A stretch of DNA of 64,000 bases, from sequence record MK573636, one strand, 5' to 3'. Positions within the stretch are counted from its first letter, which is position 1; each line of letters begins with the position of its first letter. A program made the position numbers and the translations under genes. This DNA comes from Escherichia phage vB_EcoM_PHB13. Positions 25,215-34,758 of the stretch are shown here, one piece after another. The notes under the pieces were generated by a model. It had not been told where the DNA came from. It saw only the letters and a list, made by a program, of their open reading frames with translations, and ran no database searches.

Positions 25215-26039
25215 ATGTTCAAGAAATTACAGGATTTTCGTCTTTCAGAAGAATCACGCGAATCAATGATGGAACGTATGGATAATTACATCGAAACATA
25301 TGACATTGAGGGGATTAATGGTTACATGATCACTGAGATGATCAGCGATCAGATTAACTTTGATGATTATGTGAAGGTTATCCGCTTCCTTGAGCGTGAG
25401 ACACAAGATTATGGATTTGTCAAGAAAATCATTAATGTGATGTATGAAGTACACTCCGAAGACTTTGGAGATAATGTATTCAAACATTACAAACATAACA
25501 ACATAACCCCAGCAGAATATAATGCAATCTGTGATTATGTGTCTGAACAATACGAATGGGTAAATGGTGCTCTCTTAGGGGAAGAAGACATGACCGATGA
25601 GATATCAGAGATTGTTGATTTGATGGATTGCGCCATGGATAAAACCGAAAAGTTAAACGGTACTCTTTATCGCGGTCAACATCTTGACATTCAGACAATA
25701 GAGCGTATTATTGAAGATAAGGAATTTACCTTTAAAAACTTTGTGTCAACCAGCATGACACCGATCATCTTTGGAGGCTGGCTATCAAACAGCACTAGCC
25801 TTTATTGTGAGAATCGATATGAATCCATGACCGGAAAGATGCAACATTCTTGTAATGTATCGTGGGTAATTGACGTAAAAGATCATAAAGGTTTTGTTGT
25901 TGGGTCAATTGCATGGAATCCTTGCGAATGTGAAGTAATTTTACCGCGCGGGACTTGCGTCAAGGTAAACGACGTAGTAGAATCTTTCGGTGATGAGAAT
26001 CGTAGACAATTTACAATTTTCGGTGAGGTGACTAAATGA
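25215..26039 (+). CDS. ADP-ribosyltransferase, short Alt/Mod-like paralog
   Basis: R-S-E motifs LYRGQ, FTFKNFVSTSMTPIIFGGW, CECEVILPRG; 274 aa. Confidence 0.7.
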   Translation: MFKKLQDFRLSEESRESMMERMDNYIETYDIEGINGYMITEMISDQINFDDYVKVIRFLERETQDYGFVKKIINVMYEVHSEDFGDNVFKHYKHNNITPAEYNAICDYVSEQYEWVNGALLGEEDMTDEISEIVDLMDCAMDKTEKLNGTLYRGQHLDIQTIERIIEDKEFTFKNFVSTSMTPIIFGGWLSNSTSLYCENRYESMTGKMQHSCNVSWVIDVKDHKGFVVGSIAWNPCECEVILPRGTCVKVNDVVESFGDENRRQFTIFGEVTK

Positions 26040-26548
26040 AAATGATTAAACTGATTGGTCTTGCGGCTTTAGTGGCTATGCTTAATGGGTGCGCTGTGCA
26101 TGATCTGGCACTTGCATCTAAGAATACACACGAGTTTGTACGGTCATGTGAACGATGGCAGAAAGAGTCACGTTTTCCATTTAATAGCGTTGAAGATTGC
26201 GTGATTGACTACCTTGAAAAGAAAGACGCCTCATTACAGCGTTTAGGTCGTCAACCGGAATCAGCAGAACAGATCGCAAAGATTAAGGCAGATAAAGAAG
26301 CAGAGAAGAAACGCATTTACGAATATTATTATGGTCATGAAAATTCAATTGAAGAAATGAATCGCAAAGCAATGGAAGATGCCGACCGTCGTAGAAAATT
26401 TGGAGTATGTGTAATCGGGACGGAAGCAGCATATCAAGATGATCTTTCGGCTGCATATGAGGAAGGGGATTATGAAAAACTTCAATTGCTACAATCAAAA
26501 CAGTATCGCTATAAACTACGCAAACAATGTGATGATTTAATCAAATAA
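26036..26548 (+). CDS. putative lipoprotein
   Basis: Signal peptide with lipobox LNG-C (MKMIKLIGLAALVAMLNGC); start overlaps previous stop. Confidence 0.55.
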   Translation: MKMIKLIGLAALVAMLNGCAVHDLALASKNTHEFVRSCERWQKESRFPFNSVEDCVIDYLEKKDASLQRLGRQPESAEQIAKIKADKEAEKKRIYEYYYGHENSIEEMNRKAMEDADRRRKFGVCVIGTEAAYQDDLSAAYEEGDYEKLQLLQSKQYRYKLRKQCDDLIK

Positions 26549-26550
26549 AA

Positions 26551-26575
26551 GGCGGGGATTATCCCCGCCTTTCGC
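26551..26575. terminator. bidirectional terminator hairpin (GGCGGGG-ATTAT-CCCCGCC) between convergent genes
   Basis: Sits between stops of 26036-26548 (+) and gp54 (-). Confidence 0.6.
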
Positions 26576-26578
26576 TTA

Positions 26579-27511
26579 TCAGAACCAGTTAGTGACAGTA
26601 TTCACCACACGCCCACCAACGCCATTTAGACGCGATAAAGCATTACCAGCAGCAGATAACCCACTATCAAGTAAATTATTGCCGAACGTGTTTGTTATTG
26701 CGTTTATTGCCTTATCCTCAATCCATTCTCGCGCGGCTTGCTCTCCTACAGCACCAGTTTGCATAGAACGATATGCGAAAGTAACATCGAATGTTGTGAT
26801 TTCGTTGTTGTTTTCATAGTTTAATTCCGGTGCACTCACACCAACAGGAACACAACCATTAAACATCATGATCGTGTGAGGAACTCCCATTCGGTTATGT
26901 AAGTTGACCTGAATATCTGCTTCAACGTCAACAGGAAGCGCACGAAGCCCTGTAACGGGGTCTTCTACTGAGTTAACCCAATCCTGCATTGCTCGATAGT
27001 TTGATGCGCTAGAGTCCATTCTAAAGCTCAATACAAGCGGATCGAAATCACGTCCGGTAATTCGAATGTTTGGCGCATTGTGGTTACGGTCCATTTCATA
27101 ATTCAATCTGTTTTCTGGAACCTTAACAGCATACACCAGAAGACCGCTTGTCTTATATGCCATATTGAACCAGTCAAGCGCATATGTACCAACATCAAAT
27201 TGCCCCAGAAGAGATTGAACTACGCGGGATGACATTGCACCTAAAAGATACTTTTTGACACCAGATGAATCAACAGCACGCCTAACACCCTGTACAGCAA
27301 GATTTGTTAATGCGTCAGTATAATCACCACGAGTAATCCCGAAATAGTCATTTAATGCATTTGGTATAATATCATATACCGCACCGCCCATACTTTCTAG
27401 GATCGCTTGTGTCTTATTACTTGGAGTGGTGGCAAATGCCACGCTGAATAAGTTAGATCGCTGAAAGTCAAGGTTAGCGGCTTGTTCGTTAAAGTCATTT
27501 AAATCAAACAT
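26579..27511 (-). CDS. gp54: baseplate tail-tube initiator
   Basis: Size and order 54-48-29-28-27-51 as T4; start overlaps gp48 stop. Confidence 0.7.
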   Translation of the reverse strand: MFDLNDFNEQAANLDFQRSNLFSVAFATTPSNKTQAILESMGGAVYDIIPNALNDYFGITRGDYTDALTNLAVQGVRRAVDSSGVKKYLLGAMSSRVVQSLLGQFDVGTYALDWFNMAYKTSGLLVYAVKVPENRLNYEMDRNHNAPNIRITGRDFDPLVLSFRMDSSASNYRAMQDWVNSVEDPVTGLRALPVDVEADIQVNLHNRMGVPHTIMMFNGCVPVGVSAPELNYENNNEITTFDVTFAYRSMQTGAVGEQAAREWIEDKAINAITNTFGNNLLDSGLSAAGNALSRLNGVGGRVVNTVTNWF

Positions 27512-28569
27512 TATGCCGCACTCCCAAATATAGTACCACGGGAAAGTGTCAAGATCTCTCTAAATGATACTTCCAGAACAAAGGTACTCGGCAAGTTAGG
27601 AGAAATAGCAAGGCCATTAAACTTACCATCAGGCGACTTGTCCAGACGTACACTTGAGATCTGAGCGGGACCAAATGCATCGCTACGCCCTTCAAACGAT
27701 GTACGCTTACCGAAGTTAGAGATCATCCATATTGTCGGGTTAGATACAGTAATTGCGTTTGATAGAAAATCGGTGATCCCTTCAAACAGAGTATCATTTC
27801 TCTTCGCTTCCTCTGGGGTGGATTTTCTCAATAGTGTATTTTTATACCACGCATCAACTTCCGCTTTTAGTTCTTTTGCGGTGCTTGAAATACCACTAGA
27901 TCCATAAGACAATTCTAAAAACGTTTCGTATATGATCAGAATATTGCGAAGGTCTTCAATACTACGTGGGGTTAAATGCCATACATAGTTTTTAGTTCGT
28001 GCGTCAGCACCCGCATACATGCTTCGTGCAGTATTATAAATCTGTTCACCGTGATCGGCAAGGTATCCACCAGTAATACTTTCGATACCACCAAAAACGG
28101 CAGTAGATGCCATATTAGAAAGAGCACCGCCTAAAGTACCACCGCCGCGAGAAATGACAGATTCACCAACATCATTAAACTTATGGCTAGCAGCGTCAAC
28201 GTCAGATTGACTACGAGGAAGAAGAATATTAGCAATTGCCTCTCGGTCAAATGCAGCATTTCTCCCACCCAAATTTAAATCAAAACCAGCGATATTAACG
28301 CTACCACCAAAACCACTAGCAACATTTTTCTTTTTCCTGAAATCACGCAACGATCCGGTAGTACGAGATGTATAATCGTATGCAGTGAATAACAGACCAT
28401 TATTATATAAGTCGTTGATATAATAACCGCTAGCATCATTACCGCTAGCACGTTCAGCGGGGAATTGAGCGGTTAATGTTTTCCCTTTATTTTTTGAGGT
28501 AAAACCAGCGGAGGTTTTAACCCCCGCTTTAAAGCTATCAACGGCATCATTGATAACACTAATTTTCAT
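27511..28569 (-). CDS. gp48: baseplate tail-tube cap
   Basis: 352 aa; synteny. Confidence 0.7.
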   Translation of the reverse strand: MKISVINDAVDSFKAGVKTSAGFTSKNKGKTLTAQFPAERASGNDASGYYINDLYNNGLLFTAYDYTSRTTGSLRDFRKKKNVASGFGGSVNIAGFDLNLGGRNAAFDREAIANILLPRSQSDVDAASHKFNDVGESVISRGGGTLGGALSNMASTAVFGGIESITGGYLADHGEQIYNTARSMYAGADARTKNYVWHLTPRSIEDLRNILIIYETFLELSYGSSGISSTAKELKAEVDAWYKNTLLRKSTPEEAKRNDTLFEGITDFLSNAITVSNPTIWMISNFGKRTSFEGRSDAFGPAQISSVRLDKSPDGKFNGLAISPNLPSTFVLEVSFREILTLSRGTIFGSAA

Positions 28570-30296
28570 TAAAAGTTCCCCATATTAATTGTACCGGGGG
28601 CATCAATTCTAGTTGTTGGTGCACCCTGTTTAATAGTTCTATTGTTTGTTACAATTTGTGTATTATTTACGTTTGAGGTCTGATTTGTCGTTTGTTGCTG
28701 GATTGCAGCTTGTTTCTGCATTTGTTCAGTACGTTCCGCTTGTTTTGCTGTTTCCGTTTCAGTTGCAGGAACAGGATTAGTTGGAACCACACCATTAGTT
28801 TTATCAGCATACATCTCATCAAATTTTTCAATAAGACGCTCTAACTGAGAACGATCACTTTCAACTAATGTAGGATCTTGAACTTGCTCACGGTAAACAT
28901 CAATATCCTTTTTCAACTCTACCATTCTTTCTTTGTCATAGTCACCGCTCAAATTCTCCATAACTTCATTAATATTATTGATCGCACCCTCGCTTTTAAT
29001 TCTAAGTTTACGACTAGCAGATCGTTGTTCAGCAGAAACAGACTTGTATTCCCCTCGTTTTAATTCTTCTTGTCGTTTCTCTGCGTCAACATCCTTTTGA
29101 TCTCTCCAGCCCAGACTAACAAGACCTTCATTAAATTTATCTTTAATAGATTCGCCTATGGCCTCGCCAATATCACGGGCTTTTCCTGTCCATCCTGTGC
29201 GCTCTCCATATTTGTCTTCTTCGTGTTCAGACTCGACCTTATCCATTAATTCGAGTTCTCTGTCATTTGGCTTATAGCCTTTAGCAACAGCAGACTTTAA
29301 AGCACCGTATTCTAAATTATCGGCATAATCACCCATACCAGGGATCATGCGAAGAATTTTAGCAATACCAGTAGTGATAATTCGATCAAGTTGGATAAAG
29401 GTTTTATAGAATGCATCACCAATACCCATAACCAGCGATTTAATTAATTCTTTATATTCTCCTTTAGACCAATAATCTCGAACCTGACGAACAGTAGTTA
29501 AAATATCGCTAATAGGACCAGCCCATCCTCCGGCCTTATCCATAAATTCATTGAATTTTGTTTCGAATAAATCACTCCAATATCTGAAATGAACCATCAG
29601 GGTATCAATAACAAAAACAATACCCAGCAAAATAGCACCCCATTTTGCGGCTTCTGCCATTGCGGTTAAGGTGATCTTAAATAACATCCCTAAGACCTTA
29701 TTAGAGATTCCTATGGTTTCTTTAAATCCACCACGAACAACTTTAATAAGATTTTCCATAGAGTCTTTATCTAACTCTTTCCTTTTCTTCTTTTTGTCTT
29801 CCTGTTCAGGTTTCCTCTTAGGGAGATTCTGATAATTGTCGTTGTTAGGTTGTTCAGGGACAGTAGGCAAAACTGGCTGAGGTGATGGCATTGTTTGCGG
29901 TTGTTCCGGTTTTTTCAGTGCTTCTTCAATCGCACCAATACCGCTAGCCATTTTACTGACAACACCAAATCTACGTTCCATCATAACACCAAAACCACGT
30001 AATTTCTCATTCATCTGAGAAGAGAAATTATTGAGTTTTTGCAATTCTTCATAAGTTTTTTGGGTATTGCCAGCGGTAGATTGTGTATTTTCTGCCGTCA
30101 ATTCATTGGCTGCGGTGTTATCCTCTACCGCACCAACAACTTCATTAGATTTTTGTTCCACTGTCTCCGCCACCAATTCGGTAGCGGCTTGCAAATTATC
30201 AATAGAATCAAGTTTATCTAATTTGTTAAGTTTATCAATCGGGTTTTCTTCCGCTTCCTTGCGCATCCCGCGAAATGATGTTAATGCGTCATTCAT
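28569..30296 (-). CDS. gp29: baseplate hub / tail-length tape-measure protein
   Basis: 575 aa, coiled-coil/low-complexity N-terminal half; synteny. Confidence 0.7.
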   Translation of the reverse strand: MNDALTSFRGMRKEAEENPIDKLNKLDKLDSIDNLQAATELVAETVEQKSNEVVGAVEDNTAANELTAENTQSTAGNTQKTYEELQKLNNFSSQMNEKLRGFGVMMERRFGVVSKMASGIGAIEEALKKPEQPQTMPSPQPVLPTVPEQPNNDNYQNLPKRKPEQEDKKKKRKELDKDSMENLIKVVRGGFKETIGISNKVLGMLFKITLTAMAEAAKWGAILLGIVFVIDTLMVHFRYWSDLFETKFNEFMDKAGGWAGPISDILTTVRQVRDYWSKGEYKELIKSLVMGIGDAFYKTFIQLDRIITTGIAKILRMIPGMGDYADNLEYGALKSAVAKGYKPNDRELELMDKVESEHEEDKYGERTGWTGKARDIGEAIGESIKDKFNEGLVSLGWRDQKDVDAEKRQEELKRGEYKSVSAEQRSASRKLRIKSEGAINNINEVMENLSGDYDKERMVELKKDIDVYREQVQDPTLVESDRSQLERLIEKFDEMYADKTNGVVPTNPVPATETETAKQAERTEQMQKQAAIQQQTTNQTSNVNNTQIVTNNRTIKQGAPTTRIDAPGTINMGNF

Positions 30297-30811
30297 GATA
30301 GGCGATCCAATATGTTAATTCCACCATAGATAGTACCTTCCGGTGTATCCAGTGCAATAGTTTTTCTTAATCCTGTAGCCCAATCCATAATAAAAGCTGG
30401 GAAATCATGGAAGTCTACGCTAGGATCGTGATAATGATGACTCAAGAAATCAGCGTCATCGATAATGGGGTCAGAAGTATACATTGGATTTTTAAATTTA
30501 AAGACTTTACCATTTAAAGTAAATTCAGTCTCTGTACAAATATACACATCAGACAGCTTAAGACCATCTTTTTCTTCCAGACACTTACCATTAAACGCAC
30601 AAAGGTTAAGCATAACCAATTCAGACTCGGCAGCGTTTAACCCAGGACAGATTGAATCAAGAAGAATCTTTAATGTTTCATCACAGCTACGAACATCTTT
30701 TAATAATCGATGTTGCTTAATCCCCATTTTTGGGATCTTAATATGTTTCCCGTTTATCTCTAATTTTTTTACAGGAACAACAAATTTTAACATAGGTTTA
30801 GTTTCTGTCAT
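30293..30811 (-). CDS. gp28: baseplate distal hub subunit
   Basis: 172 aa; synteny. Confidence 0.65.
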   Translation of the reverse strand: MTETKPMLKFVVPVKKLEINGKHIKIPKMGIKQHRLLKDVRSCDETLKILLDSICPGLNAAESELVMLNLCAFNGKCLEEKDGLKLSDVYICTETEFTLNGKVFKFKNPMYTSDPIIDDADFLSHHYHDPSVDFHDFPAFIMDWATGLRKTIALDTPEGTIYGGINILDRLS

Positions 30812-31920
30812 TATATCTTACCTTCAAATTTGACTTCCTGTAATTCTTCGCTGTTACCGATCATATACAGGTGAGTTAATGATTGCTCTCGGCTAATTTC
30901 ATGCACAACTTCGTCAACAATAAAATCATTGCGTGCTTGTTGCTTCTCATCAAAGAATCGAATAACCATACCGGGGCGCAACGAAAAATTACCGTGACAC
31001 ACGGCGGTAGCATATGAATCATATTGTTCTATTGTGGCAAGTTTAGAACCTTCCAAAAACGCATTCTTATAAGTTAAATCGCCATAAGCGCCACCATGAG
31101 CAAAGTGTGCAATATTATCCCCATTACCAACAATAATTTTATTATACTGCTTAGTAACAAAATCAATAGTTGTGTATGTCACATTGCTAAACGAATTTTT
31201 AACTTTAGCATTGCTCTTAGTCTGCCATTCGAAATTAAAAACCATCAGATTAGGCGACATATCAATAAATTGCCCCATGAGTCTAGGCTCACAGATTATA
31301 GCTGGTATTGGCTCATTTTTTAGTATTGTATCGTGTCCAGCGATCGTTATACCATCAAAATCTTCCCAGCAATACACGAAAGACTCTGTTTCTACGCTTT
31401 GCCCGTATGCCCTCACAAAATCCATATAGTCATTTATGGTACTAACCCACGGACAACGAGGAATAACAACGTTATCACCCTTTATAGTAGGTTTCCATAA
31501 AGGAACTTCCTTATAGATGGCATCAATCATGCTAGTTACGTTATTAACCGCGTTATTTGTCAATGAGCGAGAAAATTTAAGGTTTAATGTTTCGTGATAG
31601 CTCTTTAACTGGAATGTTAAAATATTGTCGGATTTTTGGTCAATTGTTACATTACTATGAGAGATCCCATAGATTCGGTTAAACACTTCATCTGTATTAG
31701 CAGTGGATAGCGAAATCTGAATGATCTCTCTCCCGTTTAATTTTGTATGCATCGCCTTATTATCATAGAATTGCAACAATCCTTCATTCACCCCACGAAT
31801 CGAATCACGCAGAGTCATTGTAACAAAGGTAGCACCCAACTCTATAAAGCGATGATTTAGAAATGCCTCATAATCCTGATAAAGTTTTATTGAGACATTA
31901 GGAAACCCCGTTCTTTGCAT
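30811..31920 (-). CDS. gp27: baseplate hub subunit
   Basis: 369 aa; synteny. Confidence 0.7.
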   Translation of the reverse strand: MQRTGFPNVSIKLYQDYEAFLNHRFIELGATFVTMTLRDSIRGVNEGLLQFYDNKAMHTKLNGREIIQISLSTANTDEVFNRIYGISHSNVTIDQKSDNILTFQLKSYHETLNLKFSRSLTNNAVNNVTSMIDAIYKEVPLWKPTIKGDNVVIPRCPWVSTINDYMDFVRAYGQSVETESFVYCWEDFDGITIAGHDTILKNEPIPAIICEPRLMGQFIDMSPNLMVFNFEWQTKSNAKVKNSFSNVTYTTIDFVTKQYNKIIVGNGDNIAHFAHGGAYGDLTYKNAFLEGSKLATIEQYDSYATAVCHGNFSLRPGMVIRFFDEKQQARNDFIVDEVVHEISREQSLTHLYMIGNSEELQEVKFEGKI

Positions 31921-32668
31921 TATTTGCCTCTTTTACGTCTTTCTCGACCAGTGTCAGCGCAATGTTTCTCTCAATCGGTAACATATCCATAAGATCACTG
32001 ATAGAATAATTTGATTTTGCCAATAGATGGTTTATTCGATAAAAGATGAATAACTCATCTGGATTCAACAACAATTTGAATAATGGAAGAAGACCTATGT
32101 ATTTCAGGTCATGACTTTCACAACAAGATATCTTTTGTTCGATCTTGATTGTGTGCATCTGCTTAACAACTTCTTCAAATTCAGCAAATGAGATTGAATC
32201 GATAACCTGTTCTCTAACTTCTTCCGGTAATTCAGTCCATAGATAATCATTAATACCATCAGATACACGCTCTATCGCATCCAGAAACGTTTTTGCATAG
32301 TCGGTTGATGGTTTAACATACCGGAAAGTTATTTTAAGCCCTGCGGCCTCTAGAACGATTGGTTTTAGTGCTTCAATCTGTAAGTTAAGCAACATTTTTC
32401 TTTCTTTGTTGCAAGTCGGGCAAGTAAAGCAAAGCGGTATCTTTGTTTTACCTATTGAGCTAGTAAAAACGTTCAGGAAAATATATTCACGAAATGCAGG
32501 GTCTACGTCTGGATATATTTCTTCTAGTAGCTCATCCAGGATAGTTTGTTCTTCTTCTGGATTCATCTTAATTTCAGTTGACACCAGAAGGAAATCTCTG
32601 TAATCTTTAACAGTGAAAGGTTTAAATCGCTGTACACCTTCCGGTAGTTTTATTCGGATAATATTCAT
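31898..32668 (-). CDS. gp51: baseplate hub assembly catalyst
   Basis: 256 aa; CxxC...C motif; synteny; late promoter upstream. Confidence 0.65.
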   Translation of the reverse strand: MNIIRIKLPEGVQRFKPFTVKDYRDFLLVSTEIKMNPEEEQTILDELLEEIYPDVDPAFREYIFLNVFTSSIGKTKIPLCFTCPTCNKERKMLLNLQIEALKPIVLEAAGLKITFRYVKPSTDYAKTFLDAIERVSDGINDYLWTELPEEVREQVIDSISFAEFEEVVKQMHTIKIEQKISCCESHDLKYIGLLPLFKLLLNPDELFIFYRINHLLAKSNYSISDLMDMLPIERNIALTLVEKDVKEANNAKNGVS

Positions 32669-32688
32669 GGTATAATCCCCCTTTCGGG

Positions 32689-32696
32689 TATTTATA
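32689..32696 (-). promoter_or_regulatory. late promoter -10 box TATAAATA for gene 51
   Basis: Exact reverse-complement TATTTATA ~21 nt upstream of gp51 ATG. Confidence 0.6.
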
Positions 32697-32738
32697 AAAT
32701 ACTAAATAATTCTATGTGTTTATAAAGGGTGTTTTATT

Positions 32739-33368
32739 ATGCAATACTTTTTCAAGATCCAATTAGGCGAAAAGTTGATACACGCCCGTGCTTTCACCTT
32801 CGGCGAATTTCAAAAACTGGTAGCAGCAAAAGAGACTGGCAAGCTGTCAGAGGTTGTTATAGAGATCATACATGAATGTACGGGGATCAATGCATTAGAG
32901 CTAGAGAAATGCGAAGCAGAATATATTTTTCTTCTCTTATGGTGTCACAGCCTCAATAAGATGAAAATTGATGCTACTTGGGTATGTGGTGTATGCAATA
33001 AAGAGAAAGTATATTCTCTTGATGTTTCACGCACACAGATACCAGAAGTTGAACCGTATATTCTGGACTTAGGTCAAATAAAAATTAAATTTCGTCAACC
33101 TAAGTTTACAGAAGATGTTGATATTATGCAGATGGTAATTGCATGTATCGAATATATCGTGATCGGCGATCAGCAATTCAATATAGACGACCTGAACGCA
33201 CAGGACTTTGACCGTGTGCTGGATATGCTTACCACGGATAAAGTGGAAGAAGTGATCGACGAGCTAACAAGAAATCAAATCACGCTGGCAGTACCGATCA
33301 AATGCGAATGCGGGGAATCTGGTGTATATTCATTATCAGGTCTATCCAGTTTCCTTAAAATTCTTTGA
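32739..33368 (+). CDS. gp26: baseplate hub subunit
   Basis: 209 aa (T4 gp26 208 aa); adjacent to gp25. Confidence 0.65.
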   Translation: MQYFFKIQLGEKLIHARAFTFGEFQKLVAAKETGKLSEVVIEIIHECTGINALELEKCEAEYIFLLLWCHSLNKMKIDATWVCGVCNKEKVYSLDVSRTQIPEVEPYILDLGQIKIKFRQPKFTEDVDIMQMVIACIEYIVIGDQQFNIDDLNAQDFDRVLDMLTTDKVEEVIDELTRNQITLAVPIKCECGESGVYSLSGLSSFLKIL

Positions 33369-33763
33369 GGTATAACATGGCAACTATTAATCAGATGTAT
33401 ACTGATTTGGATCTCAATATATCCAGATCGTGGAATAACGACGTTAAAAAGAACATAGGGATTAAAGCGGTTAAGGATTCTATTCTACTGATCGTAACTA
33501 CTCGCAAAGGATCTCGTCCATTTGATCCACTGTTTGGATGCGATCTCAATAAATCACTGTTTGAGAACATGAACCCACTGACAGTGGATACCTTATCAAA
33601 AAACATTAATGAGGCGATCCGAAACTATGAACCACGGGTCCGAAACCTGACAGTAGAAGTAACTCCGCAGTACGACGATAACTCAATCATAGTATCAATC
33701 TACTTTTCAGTAATAGATAACCCGGATGATCTTGAACAACTACGCATAAGACTTGCAAAGTGA
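33365..33763 (+). CDS. gp25: baseplate wedge subunit (lysozyme-like fold)
   Basis: 132 aa, colinear with T4 gp25 (TTRKGSRPFDP.FGCDL, IRNYEPR, FSVIDNPDD). Confidence 0.9.
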   Translation: MRYNMATINQMYTDLDLNISRSWNNDVKKNIGIKAVKDSILLIVTTRKGSRPFDPLFGCDLNKSLFENMNPLTVDTLSKNINEAIRNYEPRVRNLTVEVTPQYDDNSIIVSIYFSVIDNPDDLEQLRIRLAK

Positions 33764-33810
33764 TTTTGTGTGTGATATGATATAGGTCTTAGTGTGAATA
33801 AGGGGATATT

Positions 33811-34218
33811 ATGGACCTAAACGATTTGAAAGAACAATTAGAAGCTGACATGAAGATCGATGCGACTAAGTTGCAATGGGAGGCGCTGAATAATCCGGTA
33901 GTATACTCAAAGTGGTTAAGGATTTACAGCGAGGCAAAGCGAGAGACGATTGCACTTGAGGCTAAAAAGAAAAAGGCTATGAAAAATCGTCTTGATTTTT
34001 ATACTAACCGTAGTGATGACTGGTGTCGCGCAGAGTACGAGAAATCAGAATTGAAAGTTGTCATGGCAGCAGATGACGAGATCTTGCCACTTGATACGAA
34101 AATTGCATATTACCAGATGGTAATGGATTTCGCTGGTCGCGCACTTGATATCGTTAAATCTCGTGGATTTGCGATCAAGAATGCTATAGAATTGCGTATG
34201 CTGGAATCTGGTCGCTAA
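33811..34218 (+). CDS. uvsY: recombination mediator protein UvsY
   Basis: 135 aa, colinear with T4 UvsY (YSKWL, KSRGFAIK). Confidence 0.88.
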   Translation: MDLNDLKEQLEADMKIDATKLQWEALNNPVVYSKWLRIYSEAKRETIALEAKKKKAMKNRLDFYTNRSDDWCRAEYEKSELKVVMAADDEILPLDTKIAYYQMVMDFAGRALDIVKSRGFAIKNAIELRMLESGR

Positions 34219-34238
34219 ATACATACAGGAGGAATTTT

Positions 34239-34415
34239 ATGAAAATCTGTATTTGTTGTAAACAACCTGTCGAGGATGCGTTAGCCGTCCAGACAGAAAA
34301 CGGCGTTGTTCACACTGGCTACTGCTTACAGCTAGTAACAGAACGTTCGATTAGTGAAGATGCGAACGGCGAAGAACAAGAACAACTCGTAGAGCAAACA
34401 ATGCTGTTAATGTAA
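34239..34415 (+). CDS. small Cys-rich hypothetical protein (58 aa)
   Basis: ORF below track cutoff; SD GGAGGAA. Confidence 0.4.
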   Translation: MKICICCKQPVEDALAVQTENGVVHTGYCLQLVTERSISEDANGEEQEQLVEQTMLLM

Positions 34416-34447
34416 TTTGTTGATAACCGATTTTAATTGGTTTATTT

Positions 34448-34473
34448 TGCCCCATCATTGATGGGGCTTTTTT
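34448..34473. terminator. bidirectional terminator (GCCCCATC-ATT-GATGGGGC + T6)
   Basis: 8-bp stem with T-run; between convergent genes. Confidence 0.75.
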
Positions 34474-34478
34474 ATATC

Positions 34479-34715
34479 TTAAAAATCCTCTTCTGGCTCC
34501 TCTTCTGGCTCGTTGTCGGCCTCCAATTGCTTACGGCGTCCAGCGATGGCATCACGGATCGAAATATCATCAGCAGGTTTCAATTCTGTTTCTTTCTTGC
34601 GCTTCTCATAATATGCCTCAAGTTCATTTAATCCCTCGATAGTATTACAAGAATAAATCTTACTCATGAAACCGTCAATAGCGGCCTCAACCAAAAAACG
34701 TTTAAAGCTAATCAT
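34479..34715 (-). CDS. uvsW.1: UvsW.1-like small acidic protein
   Basis: 78 aa immediately downstream of uvsW as in T4; acidic C-terminus. Confidence 0.6.
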   Translation of the reverse strand: MISFKRFLVEAAIDGFMSKIYSCNTIEGLNELEAYYEKRKKETELKPADDISIRDAIAGRRKQLEADNEPEEEPEEDF

Positions 34716-34758
34716 TTTTAATCTCCGTAGAATAAAGGGGCATTAAAGCCCCTATTTA

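Noticed and set aside
32700-32730. Late promoter for gene 26 on + strand (TTTATAAAGG)
   Set aside because: Deviates from the strict TATAAATA late -10 consensus at two positions; the exact box in this intergenic region is on the opposite strand for gene 51.
26579-33763. Integrase, IS element or prophage boundary within the structural region
   Set aside because: Gene content and order are those of a lytic T4-type baseplate module; no transposase or integrase motifs or terminal inverted repeats were seen.
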